This document shows, in pieces, positions 9,967 to 19,935 of a stretch of DNA of 64,000 nt. The stretch lies in assembly GCA_963700285.1 (NCBI GenBank), contig CAVOXA010000010.1:960001-1024000 (forward strand). Reading direction: 5' to 3'. The position numbers and the translations under genes are program-made. Source of the stretch: an uncultured Chloroflexia bacterium. GTDB taxonomy: Bacteria; Chloroflexota; Anaerolineae; JAAYZQ01. Numbering within the stretch: the first letter of the stretch is position 1; each line of letters opens with the position of its first letter. Under the pieces are notes generated by a model, which did not search any database, was not told where the DNA came from, and saw only the letters and a list, made by a program, of their open reading frames with translations.

Positions 9967-11262
9967 ATGGACAAAACATCACGTCTTCCAGGCTTCTATG
10001 ATCTGAGTGTCGACGACCGGGCAAGCCGCGTTTCCGAGTGGGCTGGGCTGAACGACGAGGAACACGCAACACTGACCACAAGCGGGTTGTCCTGCGAGCG
10101 GGCTGACCAGATGATCGAGAACGTGGTAGGCATCCATGGCGTCCCGATGGGCATCGCCCCCAACTTTGTCATCAACGGCCGCGAGATCCTGATCCCCATG
10201 GCCATCGAAGAGCCATCCGTGGTTGCTGCTGCCAGCTTTATGGCCAAGATCGTGGGCAGTGCGGGGGGGTTCACTACCTGCTCCTCCGAGCCGGTGATGA
10301 TCGGCCAGATGCAGGTCCTGGAGGTTTCCGATCCATGGGCGGCCAGGTTCGAACTGGTGTGCCAGAAACAACAGCTCCTCGACCTGGCCAACGAGACCGA
10401 CCCGGTGGTGGTCTCCCTTGGGGGTGGAGCACGTGACCTGGAGGTGCGTGTCTTTCCCGACACGCCCGCAGGGCCGTTCCTGGTTGTCCACCTCCTGTAC
10501 GATACCCGCGATGCCATGGGGGCCAACACCGTGAACACCGCTACCGAGGCCCTGGCTCCTTTGGTCGAGGAGATAACAGGCGGTCGAGTGCACTTGCGCA
10601 TCCTCTCCAACCTGGCTGACCGCCGGCTGGCCCGTGCCAAGTGTGTCATCCCGCCGGCACTACTGGCCTTTGGCGATTTTGAGGGCGAGCAGGTGGTACA
10701 AGGAATTGTCGAGGCTTATGCCTTTGCCGTCGTGGATCCTTACCGGGCAACGACCCACAACAAGGGCATCATGAATGGCATTGACGCTGTGGCCCTGGCC
10801 TGCGGACAGGACTGGCGCGCCATTGAGGCGGGGGCTCACGCTTATGCCGCTCGCGACGGGCGCTACACCTCCCTTTCCACCTGGACACGGGATCGGGAGG
10901 GTAACCTGGTAGGCACACTGGAGATGCCGCTGGCGGTGGGCACCATTGGCGGAGCGACACGAGTACATCCTGGGGCTCAGGTCGCCCTCAAGATCTTGGG
11001 GGTTCAGTCCGCACGGGAGCTGGCTGAAGTGATGGCTGCGGCGGGCCTGGCCCAGAACCTAGGCGCCCTTCGTGCCCTGTCTACTGAAGGTATCCAACGA
11101 GGCCATATGACTCTTCACGCCCGACAGGTTGCCATCGCCGCAGGCGCATCGGGAGACCAGGTGCAAGCTGTTGCGGGTCGACTGGTGTCTGAGGGGGTAA
11201 TCCGTCTGGACCGCGCCCAGCAGATCCTGGACGACATGGCAGGGAGTCAGTTGGGCGACTGA
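9967..11262 (+). CDS. mvaA: Class II HMG-CoA reductase
   Basis: MIENVVG, EEPSVVAA, DAMGAN, HNKGIMNG, GQDWRAIEA, GHMTLH. Confidence 0.95.
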   Translation: MDKTSRLPGFYDLSVDDRASRVSEWAGLNDEEHATLTTSGLSCERADQMIENVVGIHGVPMGIAPNFVINGREILIPMAIEEPSVVAAASFMAKIVGSAGGFTTCSSEPVMIGQMQVLEVSDPWAARFELVCQKQQLLDLANETDPVVVSLGGGARDLEVRVFPDTPAGPFLVVHLLYDTRDAMGANTVNTATEALAPLVEEITGGRVHLRILSNLADRRLARAKCVIPPALLAFGDFEGEQVVQGIVEAYAFAVVDPYRATTHNKGIMNGIDAVALACGQDWRAIEAGAHAYAARDGRYTSLSTWTRDREGNLVGTLEMPLAVGTIGGATRVHPGAQVALKILGVQSARELAEVMAAAGLAQNLGALRALSTEGIQRGHMTLHARQVAIAAGASGDQVQAVAGRLVSEGVIRLDRAQQILDDMAGSQLGD

Positions 11263-11266
11263 ACCC

Positions 11267-12103
11267 TTACACCAACACGCGCACTAGCGCCACGGTTGCC
11301 TGTACCCACTCCTCCAGGCTCAGGGTCTCCGCCCTGCGTCGGGGATCGATACCCACACCCTCTAGCGCCCCTTTGACATGGACTGGGGGCAGCGCCAGGC
11401 CGCCGCTCAGAGAATTGCGCAGGGTCTTTCGTCTCTGGCTAAAACCGGCGCGTACTATTCGAAAGTAGGCCGCTACGTCCACGCCCTCGGGCAGCACTAC
11501 AGCTGGCTGCTCGCCTACCTCAATGCGCAAGACCGCCGAGTCGACCTGGGGCGCGGGGTAGAAGGCTCCGGGCGGGATCCGGGTGACGATCTTGGGTTGG
11601 CCGTAGAACTGTACGCTCACCGCCAACAGGCTCATCTCTCCTGGCCCAGCCACGATGCGCTCGGCCACCTCACTCTGGACCGTCACAACCATCAGTTGAG
11701 GACGTGGTTCATCCTCCAGGAAGCGGCGCAGAACTGCCGATGTGATATAGTAAGGCAGATTGCCCACGACTTTATACCCTGGGTATGGGATGCCCCGATC
11801 GGGAATTCGAAGGATGTCACCGTGGATGATCTGGACGTTGCCCAGGTGGGCCAACTCCTGGCGCAGGGCCTGTACCAACCCGTCGTCCAGTTCGACGGCC
11901 ACGACGCGCCCGGCCTGCTGAGCCAGGGGCCGGGTCAAGGTACCCAGGCCAGCCCCTACCTCGATGACGGTATCCTCGGGCGAGAGGTCCGCTGCAGCTA
12001 CAATGCGCTGCAGGGCCAACGGGTCAACGAGAAAGTTCTGCCCCAGCCGTTTTCGCGGATGCAGGTCATGAGCGCGCAGGAGTGCCGGGATGCTCTTTAC
12101 CAC
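11267..12103 (-). CDS. rsmA: 16S rRNA dimethyladenosine transferase
   Basis: LGQNFL, EVGAGLG, NLPYYIT, QRRKTLRN, RAETL; start approximate. Confidence 0.95.
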   Translation of the reverse strand: MVKSIPALLRAHDLHPRKRLGQNFLVDPLALQRIVAAADLSPEDTVIEVGAGLGTLTRPLAQQAGRVVAVELDDGLVQALRQELAHLGNVQIIHGDILRIPDRGIPYPGYKVVGNLPYYITSAVLRRFLEDEPRPQLMVVTVQSEVAERIVAGPGEMSLLAVSVQFYGQPKIVTRIPPGAFYPAPQVDSAVLRIEVGEQPAVVLPEGVDVAAYFRIVRAGFSQRRKTLRNSLSGGLALPPVHVKGALEGVGIDPRRRAETLSLEEWVQATVALVRVLV

Positions 12104-12136
12104 ACTACCCTTTTCTCCTCCCAAGTCGAGGATGAT

Positions 12137-13666
12137 CTATCGCTTGCGGTCGGGATACCTGGGCCAGTCGGGCAGAACCCAACGAATCTCATCTCTGGGC
12201 GGCACCGGGGTCAGGATGTAGATGTCGGACCACCGGTGCCACGACTCGTAGTTGTGTTGGTCAAAGCCGAGGTCGACAAACTTGCCCTTAATACCACCGC
12301 CCGTATCGCCCGCCCGCCCAATTCCATAGCCGGGTATATACATCTGTGCTCGGAGAGGGATGACCTCAGGGTCCACAGCCACAATACCTTTGGTCAGAAA
12401 CCAGCCCAGGCGGGTGTAGCCATAGCGGGGGTGGGTCTTGGGTTTACCCGCAGAGCGCGCTGTGTAGGATGTGGTATAGACCCGCATTTTGCGCCAATAC
12501 TCTATCGGTCCATCGGGGGTATCAAGCGTGCGAACGATAATCTTAGTCCCGTAGGCCATCGTCTTGGTAATGGGCGGCTGTGCTGACCACACGTCTTCCA
12601 GATAGCGATCTACCTCATGGTCATTCTCATACACGATCCGGTAGCGGCGTTTGGTCAGGCCAACCTGGCCTTCTTGTACCAACCGGATGTTGTCGATCTC
12701 TACGTCTGGGTCGCCTACCCACACTGTCTCGAAGGGGATCGGCTCAAACTCAACCTCCAACTCTTCCCGGACCCGGGTCACACTGATGGTCATGTCTGGC
12801 TGAACCGGATCCGGCAAATCTGGCTCAACGCGATCCTTGCCTACCAGGGCGATTGCTTCCTGGCCCAGAACTCCGGCTACGCTCTCAGCCAGCGTCCGGG
12901 TACGTATCGTGCGTCCATCGGCTTTGACTTGGACCGGCACAGAGCGCTGAATCTGCAACGACATTCCTGGCGTGACACGCTCCTGAAGGCTAGGGCTCAC
13001 GCTATCGCCCATAAAGAGGATCACACCGTGCTCCTGCAACACCTGGCCCACCGTGGTCAAGGTCGTGTGGAGGGTCCTCGTCGTACCGCCATCGTCCAGG
13101 GTGAGAGAGGTGGCCCGGTGGATCCGGATGGTTGGTGGATTGCCCGTGTCGTCACCATCCGAGGGGAGTGGGCCTCCACCCTGGCGCTGCTGGCCCGAAC
13201 GCAGTGCACGGGTTACTGGTGCGCTCAGATCCACAAGCTGACCATCCAGCCAAATCTCATCTGCGGGACCAACCTCCACCTCAGCTTCAGCCAGGAACTC
13301 CCCAACCGTTGTAGCATGGGTACGGATCCGAAGAACCTGGTCATCTGCGCTCAACACGACCGGCAGCGCCCGCTGTACCCGGATGACGGTATCAGCAACC
13401 AAAGGGACATCCAAGTCGGGCCAGACCAGGTCCTCAGGGTAAAGGTCCAGCCCTGCATGGTCCAGGGCTGCAGCCACCGTCGCAGCATGCGTACGTACCT
13501 GGGATCGTGTACCATCCACCTCCACGACTATCGGCAAGCGGGTTCGCTTCAGGCCGAGGGCCAAGAGTCCTAGCATGCTTGCCGCCAAGATCACGGCCAG
13601 CAGCCCCTGCATCCAACCGGGTACGGTCCACCTGATGCGTCTTTGCGTGATCTCTTTAGATGCCAA
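12137..13666 (-). CDS. YabE/RpfB-like protein: TM, DUF348 repeats, G5 and 3D domains
   Basis: Repeated RTHA-TV units, G5-like GQVG...YEND...GTK, 3D-like AVDPEVIP...DTGGGIKG; conserved adjacency to rsmA. Confidence 0.85.
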   Translation of the reverse strand: MASKEITQRRIRWTVPGWMQGLLAVILAASMLGLLALGLKRTRLPIVVEVDGTRSQVRTHAATVAAALDHAGLDLYPEDLVWPDLDVPLVADTVIRVQRALPVVLSADDQVLRIRTHATTVGEFLAEAEVEVGPADEIWLDGQLVDLSAPVTRALRSGQQRQGGGPLPSDGDDTGNPPTIRIHRATSLTLDDGGTTRTLHTTLTTVGQVLQEHGVILFMGDSVSPSLQERVTPGMSLQIQRSVPVQVKADGRTIRTRTLAESVAGVLGQEAIALVGKDRVEPDLPDPVQPDMTISVTRVREELEVEFEPIPFETVWVGDPDVEIDNIRLVQEGQVGLTKRRYRIVYENDHEVDRYLEDVWSAQPPITKTMAYGTKIIVRTLDTPDGPIEYWRKMRVYTTSYTARSAGKPKTHPRYGYTRLGWFLTKGIVAVDPEVIPLRAQMYIPGYGIGRAGDTGGGIKGKFVDLGFDQHNYESWHRWSDIYILTPVPPRDEIRWVLPDWPRYPDRKR

Positions 13667-13693
13667 TCAACCATCCTCTGCCGCGTGCCAGCG

Positions 13694-15043
13694 CTATCTC
13701 TGCTGGCTCGATGAACGAAACGGGCTCGCGCCAGTCACAGACGTCGAGGCCGCCCTCCCTGCTACGTAGCCGGTTGAGAAAGCCGCCTGCAGGTTGTATC
13801 CACCGGTGTCGGCCTGCACGTTCAGAACCTCACCCGCAAAGTACAGGCCTCCGACCAAGCGTGAAGCCATCGAGCGGGGATCGATCTCACGCGTATCCAC
13901 TCCCCCGGCTGTCACGATTGCCTCCTCCAGCGGGCGGTGCCCGACGATGGTTAGGCGAAAGTCGTGGAGCAGATCCCGCAGCCGTCGCCGCTCGACGGCC
14001 GTAATCTGGTGGCCTGGCTTGTGGGGCGGGATACCACTGCGCGCCGCAACGACGTCGATCATCTTCTGCGGGAGCAATCCCTTGAGCAGATTGCGGTAGG
14101 TCCGCTTGCCGTATTGATCCAGATCGCGTCGCAGCCGGGAATCCAGCTTCTCTGGGCTGAGACCAGGCTTGAGATTGATGGCTGCTTCCAGATGGCCTCG
14201 ACCCAGCCGGACTACGGCTGGCCCACTCAAAGTGAGAATGATCGGGCCAGAGATACCATAGTGAGTGAATAGCATCTCGCCAAAATCACGGGCTACCTCC
14301 CGCCCATCCAGCAACAGGCGTACCTCAACGTTCCGCAGCGAAAGGCCCATCATCGCCTGGGGCTCTGTACCCGAGACAACCAGGGGTACGAGCGCGGGCC
14401 GGATAGGTACCACTTTGTGGCCAACCTGCTCTGCCAACCAGTAGCCATCGCCACTGGATCCGGTCTTGGGGTAAGAAGCTCCACCTGTGGCAATGATGAC
14501 AGCCCCGCCACTTATCCGCTCCCCGTCCTCCAGGGCCACACCCAGCAGCCGGTCATCCTCATGGAGAAGACGAGCGACTCTGCTCTGAAGCCGGATCTGC
14601 ACACCTTGCTCCAGAGCGAAACGAGCGAGTGCCTCTGCTACCTGGTTAGCGCCAGCCATCCCGCTGGAGGAATTGCCCCCAACCGGAAAGACCCGCCCTC
14701 CACGCTCTACGACTGTCGCGAGCCCCAAGTCCTCAAAAAAGGCCAGCAGGTCGGGTGCAAAAAAGCGGGCAAAGACGTTACGTACAAAGAGACGAGAGTC
14801 ACCCCCGGGAAGGCCACCGGGCATCTCCGCCTGGTCCGGGAAAGCAAAGTGTTGGATAAAGTCGTCCAGTTCAGCGGTGTTGGTAAGGTTACAGCGGCCC
14901 TTACCCGTGATCCGCAGCTTGGTGCCCAGGCGCGCAGTCCTCTCCAGCAGCAGAACCCGCGCGCCAGCGACGGCTGCCTGCCCAGCAGCCATTAGCCCTG
15001 CCGCCCCGCCGCCAACTATGACCACCTGACTGCTTTGATCCAT
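13694..15043 (-). CDS. HI0933/YhiN-family flavoprotein
   Basis: GGGAAG, TGKGRCNLTN, ATGGASYP, LFTHYGISGP, GGYNLQAA. Confidence 0.92.
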   Translation of the reverse strand: MDQSSQVVIVGGGAAGLMAAGQAAVAGARVLLLERTARLGTKLRITGKGRCNLTNTAELDDFIQHFAFPDQAEMPGGLPGGDSRLFVRNVFARFFAPDLLAFFEDLGLATVVERGGRVFPVGGNSSSGMAGANQVAEALARFALEQGVQIRLQSRVARLLHEDDRLLGVALEDGERISGGAVIIATGGASYPKTGSSGDGYWLAEQVGHKVVPIRPALVPLVVSGTEPQAMMGLSLRNVEVRLLLDGREVARDFGEMLFTHYGISGPIILTLSGPAVVRLGRGHLEAAINLKPGLSPEKLDSRLRRDLDQYGKRTYRNLLKGLLPQKMIDVVAARSGIPPHKPGHQITAVERRRLRDLLHDFRLTIVGHRPLEEAIVTAGGVDTREIDPRSMASRLVGGLYFAGEVLNVQADTGGYNLQAAFSTGYVAGRAASTSVTGASPFRSSSQQR

Positions 15044-15059
15044 GGTTCTCCAAAAGAAC

Positions 15060-15125
15060 AAGCTGGAGTTTCGAGCCTGGGCGAAGCATTTTCTGCCCTC
15101 CGTCCACAGCTCACCACTCCAGCTT
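15060..15125 (-). terminator. Long stem-loop downstream of SRP RNA (terminator or processing structure)
   Basis: AAGCTGGAGT...ACTCCAGCTT 10-bp inverted repeat with inner stems, followed by GTTCTTTT on the minus strand. Confidence 0.45.
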
Positions 15126-15137
15126 CCTATAAGTGCT

Positions 15138-15406
15138 GGTCGTGCACCCCCTGTCGAACCTGTTCGCCCGGCTTACCAGAACCAGCCTGCTCCGGCCAGG
15201 CTCCCCTGCGGCACCCAAGAGTTTGCGCTTACCGTTGCTTCCTCCCGGACCTGGCGGGGTTCACGGACTCTTGCCGCGCAGGACCCAACCTTCTTCGCCA
15301 CTTAGCCTAGCAGTCCCGTCCGACCTCCGGCCCTCGAGAGGGAATTCGACCCCGCTACGGCGGATTGCGGGTACAGGGCACCGCCAGCTCCCCGTCTAGC
15401 ACGACC
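15138..15406 (-). ncRNA. ffs: Large bacterial signal recognition particle RNA (with Alu domain)
   Basis: Minus strand GGTCGTGC...GCACGACC terminal helix; Alu-like GGGGAGCTGGCGGTGCCCTGTACCCGCAATCCGC; S-domain GCCAGGTCCGGGAGGAAGCAACGG; ~269 nt. Confidence 0.92.
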
Positions 15407-15412
15407 AAGCAG

Positions 15413-15441
15413 ATGGTACCACAGAACCAATGATTGGTCAA
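15413..15441 (-). promoter_or_regulatory. Sigma70 promoter of SRP RNA
   Basis: TTGACC-N17-TACCAT with TG extension, 6 nt before the RNA 5' end. Confidence 0.75.
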
Positions 15442-15542
15442 ACAACGGGCACAACAGGTTTTTGCTCCAGATGCTGTGCAGGCATTGGGTACACAGCATC
15501 CGCCAAGTTCGGAGCGTTCGCCGCCTCAGGCCAGATGTATCG

Positions 15543-16643
15543 TTATGGTTCGTAAAACCGGCGTACAGCACTGGCTACCTGTTCGATCTGCTCGTCGGTC
15601 ATCTCTGGGTAGATCGGCAGCGATAGAACCTCTTTGGCCGCCAGCTCGGACTCGGGCAACCTCCCCTCCCCCAGATCCAGGCCAGCATACATTTCCTGCC
15701 GGTGCAAAGGCACCGGGTAGTAGATCATGGATCCGACGCCCTGCTCGCCCAAAAAGGCGCGCAGTTCGTCCCGGCGAGGCGCGCGGATGGTGTACTGGTG
15801 GTAGACATGCTTCATCCCGGGCGCAACGTAGGGTGTAGTGACCGGCGAATCAGCAAGCAATTCATCATAGCGAGCCGCCACCCTGCGCCGCTGGACGCCC
15901 CACTCCTCCAGGTAGCGAAGCTTGACGCGCAAGATGGCCGCCTGGATCTCGTCCAAACGGCTGTTATAACCCACGCGCTCATGGAAATACTTGACGCGCC
16001 CGCCGTGCCTGCGCAGTACATCCAGATTCTCAGCTATTTCGGGGTTGCAGGTCACAGCCATGCCTCCATCCCCATAGGCTCCCAGGTTTTTCGTGGGGTA
16101 GAAGCTCAGGCAGCCGATAATACCGAAAGAGCAAGCCTGCTGGCCGTTGTAGGTCGCGCCAATTGCCTGGGCGCTGTCTTCGATCACAGGCAGGTCATAG
16201 CGTACAGCCAGTTCCATGATCGCATCCATGTCCGCAATCTGGCCGAACAGGTGCACAGGGAGGATCGCCTTGGTACGGTCAGTGATGGCCCGCTCTACCA
16301 GGAGCGGATTGAGGTTGAAAGTTCGTGGATCGATATCTACAAACACAGGTCTAGCTCCGGCCCGCGAGATGGTATTGCCCGTAGCGATGAAGGTGAATGG
16401 CGTCGTGATCACCTCATCGCCGGGACCAATCTCCAGTGCATCCATCGCCAGACGCAAAGCGTCCGTACCAGAGGCCACACCGATGCCATATTCGCAGCCG
16501 CAGTAGCGGGCCACCTCCTGTTCCAGGGCCTTGACATTTGGCCCCAGGACGAAATGGCCGCTCTCTAGCACGCCGAGCACCGCAGCGTCCATCTCCTCGC
16601 GGATGTTTTGGTACTGTCTTTGCAGATCAAGTATTGGAATCAT
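15543..16643 (-). CDS. DegT/DnrJ/EryC1/StrS PLP-dependent sugar aminotransferase (WlbC/WbpE-like)
   Basis: SGTDAL, PVHLFGQ, IEDSAQA, SFYPTKNLGAYGDGG, NSRLDEIQAA. Confidence 0.93.
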   Translation of the reverse strand: MIPILDLQRQYQNIREEMDAAVLGVLESGHFVLGPNVKALEQEVARYCGCEYGIGVASGTDALRLAMDALEIGPGDEVITTPFTFIATGNTISRAGARPVFVDIDPRTFNLNPLLVERAITDRTKAILPVHLFGQIADMDAIMELAVRYDLPVIEDSAQAIGATYNGQQACSFGIIGCLSFYPTKNLGAYGDGGMAVTCNPEIAENLDVLRRHGGRVKYFHERVGYNSRLDEIQAAILRVKLRYLEEWGVQRRRVAARYDELLADSPVTTPYVAPGMKHVYHQYTIRAPRRDELRAFLGEQGVGSMIYYPVPLHRQEMYAGLDLGEGRLPESELAAKEVLSLPIYPEMTDEQIEQVASAVRRFYEP

Positions 16644-16668
16644 TCCAGGTCCTTTCGTGTTTTTCGCA

Positions 16669-17445
16669 CTATTGATTCTCGGCCCACTCGCGCTCTGGCA
16701 CGGGCCGTACTGGACGGGCAGGTACCCCCATTACCAACGTAGCCGGGGGCACATCACGAGTCACGACAGAACCAGCTGCCACAAATGCCTCGCGGCCGAT
16801 CTCAATGCCCGGCAGCAGGGTCGCATTGGCTCCTACTCGCGCCCCGTGGCGAATGGTCGCTCCCTTGCGGAACTTGAATCGCTCTGGCGTGCGTCCCATA
16901 AAGTTGTCATTGGTAGTATAGACGCCCGGGGCTATGAACACGTGATCCTCCACGGTCATATAGGCGGTCAAATAGGTCCCTGTCTGGATTTTTACATAGT
17001 TGCCGATGATTGTCTCATTCTCTACCGTCACACCCCTACCCACGATGACATAGTCGCCGATCGTACATTTCTCCCGCACAAAAGCCTGGTCGGCAATCAT
17101 CGTCTGGCATCCAATCCTGGTTCCGGCGTAGACGATTGCCCCGGCGCCGATGCTGGACCCACCGCCCACTACCAGGCCCGAGAGCGGCTCGCGGATCTTG
17201 ACTGTACTGGTTGGGCCCGGGCGAGGCTGCTTGCCCAATACCGCGTTGTCGCCGACCACTACACCTTCACCCAGGATAGTACCATACTGGATGACGACAT
17301 TGTGCCCGATCGTGCATCCAGCACCGATCTTGACACCCGCCTGAACCACCACGTTCTTCCCAAACTCACATGCCTGCCCAACGCTGGCAGTCGGATCGAC
17401 CAAGTCTGTGCCACCCTGAGCCTGATTCAGGTTTTCGCCACTCAT
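16669..17445 (-). CDS. Hexapeptide-repeat N-acetyltransferase (WlbB/WbpD-like)
   Basis: Left-handed beta-helix hexapeptides, TTND, GSVVTRDVP, GVPARP. Confidence 0.88.
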   Translation of the reverse strand: MSGENLNQAQGGTDLVDPTASVGQACEFGKNVVVQAGVKIGAGCTIGHNVVIQYGTILGEGVVVGDNAVLGKQPRPGPTSTVKIREPLSGLVVGGGSSIGAGAIVYAGTRIGCQTMIADQAFVREKCTIGDYVIVGRGVTVENETIIGNYVKIQTGTYLTAYMTVEDHVFIAPGVYTTNDNFMGRTPERFKFRKGATIRHGARVGANATLLPGIEIGREAFVAAGSVVTRDVPPATLVMGVPARPVRPVPEREWAENQ

Positions 17446-18446
17446 AGGTACATCAATTCCCCTTCATTGTCCAATGATCGCTGCAGGGCATCCAATATGC
17501 GCAGTACCTGCAGTCCGTTTTGTCCGTCCGATAAAGGTTGTTGTCTCTTCTCGACACAGTCCAAGAAATGCTGGCACTCGAGTCTGAGCGGCTCGCGCAT
17601 CTCGATATTCGGGGCATAGATATCGCCAAAGCGCAACGTGAGGGCATCGCCATAGGAACTGTACTCTGGCACCCGGTCCACACCCTTATCATAGATCCGC
17701 AGCTTTTCCGTAGGCTCCACATCGTCAAAGACCGCCATCTGCTGGCTCCCGACCACTGTCAGGCGTCGCACCTTATGAGGATCTAGCCAACTCACGTGAC
17801 TATGCACCAGCCGTCCGTCGGAAAAACGCAGCGTAAAGAACACCGTGTCCTCAAGGCCCGGCTGTAGATAAGCCTGCCCCTGTGCGGCCACCGTCACCGG
17901 CATTTCCCTCAGCAAGTGTAAGGCCACCGAGATGTCGTGAGGGGCGAGGCTCCACATGGCATTCTCGTCCTGGCGGACCTTGCCCAAGTTTCGCCGCTCA
18001 GTGTAGACATAGTAGACATCGCCCAACTTGCCCTCATCCACCATCTTTTTCAAGTGTGTAACAGCGGGATGGTAGAGCAGCAGGTGACCGACCATTAGTA
18101 TCAGCCCACCCACGCCGGCAATATCAACCATTTCTTCCGCTTCCTTGACCTTTAAGGCAATTGGCTTTTCGACAAAGACATCCTTGCCCGCCTCCAAGGC
18201 CGCCCGCGCCACGGGAAAGTGGGTCGCCGCCGAGGTGGTTACAACAATTGCATCGATCTCTGGATCCCGGAAGAGGTCTTTGGGGCTTTTTGTGCAGACA
18301 AGACGAGGATACTGCTCTCGCGCCCGCGCCAAAGCTCCTTCATCCAGGTCACACACCGCTTTGACCCTGGCTTCCGGCAGTCTTGCGAAATTGCGTAGCA
18401 GGTTCGGGCCCCAGTAACCCAGGCCTACCTGCCCAAGCGTAATCAT
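17442..18446 (-). CDS. Gfo/Idh/MocA NAD-dependent oxidoreductase (WlbA/WbpB-like)
   Basis: GLGYWG, VFVEKP, LAPHD. Confidence 0.9.
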   Translation of the reverse strand: MITLGQVGLGYWGPNLLRNFARLPEARVKAVCDLDEGALARAREQYPRLVCTKSPKDLFRDPEIDAIVVTTSAATHFPVARAALEAGKDVFVEKPIALKVKEAEEMVDIAGVGGLILMVGHLLLYHPAVTHLKKMVDEGKLGDVYYVYTERRNLGKVRQDENAMWSLAPHDISVALHLLREMPVTVAAQGQAYLQPGLEDTVFFTLRFSDGRLVHSHVSWLDPHKVRRLTVVGSQQMAVFDDVEPTEKLRIYDKGVDRVPEYSSYGDALTLRFGDIYAPNIEMREPLRLECQHFLDCVEKRQQPLSDGQNGLQVLRILDALQRSLDNEGELMYL

Positions 18447-18466
18447 ATGCGTCTCCCTAATTCGTT

Positions 18467-19084
18467 CTATTCCAGCAAAGCCTTGATGCGCGCAGCAATG
18501 AGATCCATGGCCACCTCGTTGTGGCCACCTTCCGGGATGATGATGTCGGAATACCGTTTGCTGGGCTCAACGAACTGCTCGTGCATGGGCCGAACAGTCG
18601 CCAAGTATTGGTGAACAACCGACTCCATTGTCCGGCCACGTTCTGCGATATCGCGTTGCAGGCGGCGAATGAAACGGATGTCGGCCTGGGTGTCTACAAA
18701 GATCTTGACGTCCATCAGCGATCGCAGGACTTTATCAGCAAAAATAAGAATACCCTCAAGAAGGATAACCCGGTTGGGCTCGACTCTTTGGGTCTTCCCT
18801 GTGCGCGTGTGCGTCGTAAAGTCATAGATCGGCATCTGGATGGACTGCCCAGTTTTGAGATCCTGCAAGTGGGTGATCAACAGATTGTTGTCCAGAGCAT
18901 CCGGATGGTCAAAATTGCGTATGGCTCGTTGAGCCAGGGGCAAGTCGCCCAGATCCTTGTAATAGGCGTCATGTTGAATGAGCGAGATCTGGCTGGTGCC
19001 GGCGCGATTTAGAATCGCACGGGCCACTGTTGATTTTCCCGACCCCGTGCCCCCGGCAACGCCAATGATCACTGGTTCCATCAC
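18467..19084 (-). CDS. udk: Uridine kinase
   Basis: GGTGSGKS, DAYYKD, NFDHPDA, EGIL, RDIAERGR, FVEPSK. Confidence 0.95.
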   Translation of the reverse strand: MMEPVIIGVAGGTGSGKSTVARAILNRAGTSQISLIQHDAYYKDLGDLPLAQRAIRNFDHPDALDNNLLITHLQDLKTGQSIQMPIYDFTTHTRTGKTQRVEPNRVILLEGILIFADKVLRSLMDVKIFVDTQADIRFIRRLQRDIAERGRTMESVVHQYLATVRPMHEQFVEPSKRYSDIIIPEGGHNEVAMDLIAARIKALLE

Positions 19085-19095
19085 TCCCCCTTCAC

Positions 19096-19935
19096 CTACG
19101 CTTTCAAATAGCGCAGAAGATCAATCCCGGTCAGCAGCCCCAGGATCGCAACCGCAGCTGCGACCATAACCAGACCGGCAGTCCAACGCCCCCACCGCCC
19201 TCCAGTCCGTCTCGCCAAGAAACTCATCGCCGCAACTAGCAGGGCGACAATGACCCAACCCTCACGGGGACCACGGGTTATAGAGACCCCCTGCATTTGC
19301 CAAGACCACCAGAGACTCACGACAAGTCCAGCCCCCAAAGAAACCAGGGCCAATGCTGTTGCTCGTTTCAGCAGAGCATGCAGATGGATCCAGCGAGGCC
19401 ATTGTACCCTGGGGATACGCCGGGACAGCAAAGCACGGAGGGCCAAGGTTAGCCCGGTGCTGCCGGCCACAGTCAGCCCACCAGTTCCTATCAAGAACAA
19501 CACACATTGGAGTTGTGAAGGGATCGTGCGCTTGTCACAATCCAGTGGAAGCTCACTCACATCGGCCATGAAACCTGCCGTAAAGACCAGAACCAAAACC
19601 AACAGATCCACCACCAATCTGGCAGCATCGACAGGCAGCCGCCATGCTAGCACGAGCTGGACCACCAGCGTCGCCAGGGCCAAGCCCAGTACCACCAACC
19701 GCGGGTCGAGGGATTGGGCTGCAAGCAGCACCTGCCACAAGTGGCCATGTGTGGTTGCTATCACAACCAGTGCCACAGCCAGGGCAATCACAGCCCCGAC
19801 CGTTGCGCCTACGGCCAACAAGCTCCACCTGCCCCCAACGCGAAACAGCGCCAAGCACAAGGCGACCATCGCGATCACCAGCAACAGCACCGCTAGCCCC
19901 ACCCACAGGTCCGGAGCGGATGATTCACCCGTCAT
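19096..19935 (-). CDS. CcsA/ResC-like membrane protein, degenerate
   Basis: About 8 TM helices; WWSWQMQG...PREGW occupies the WWD position; overlaps the resB-like gene. Confidence 0.6.
   Translation of the reverse strand: MTGESSAPDLWVGLAVLLLVIAMVALCLALFRVGGRWSLLAVGATVGAVIALAVALVVIATTHGHLWQVLLAAQSLDPRLVVLGLALATLVVQLVLAWRLPVDAARLVVDLLVLVLVFTAGFMADVSELPLDCDKRTIPSQLQCVLFLIGTGGLTVAGSTGLTLALRALLSRRIPRVQWPRWIHLHALLKRATALALVSLGAGLVVSLWWSWQMQGVSITRGPREGWVIVALLVAAMSFLARRTGGRWGRWTAGLVMVAAAVAILGLLTGIDLLRYLKA

Noticed and set aside
11378-13573. Plus-strand ORFs of 402 and 318 aa
   Set aside because: Antisense to the well-supported rsmA and G5/3D genes
15702-17619. 288- and 362-aa plus-strand ORFs
   Set aside because: Antisense to the aminotransferase and acetyltransferase
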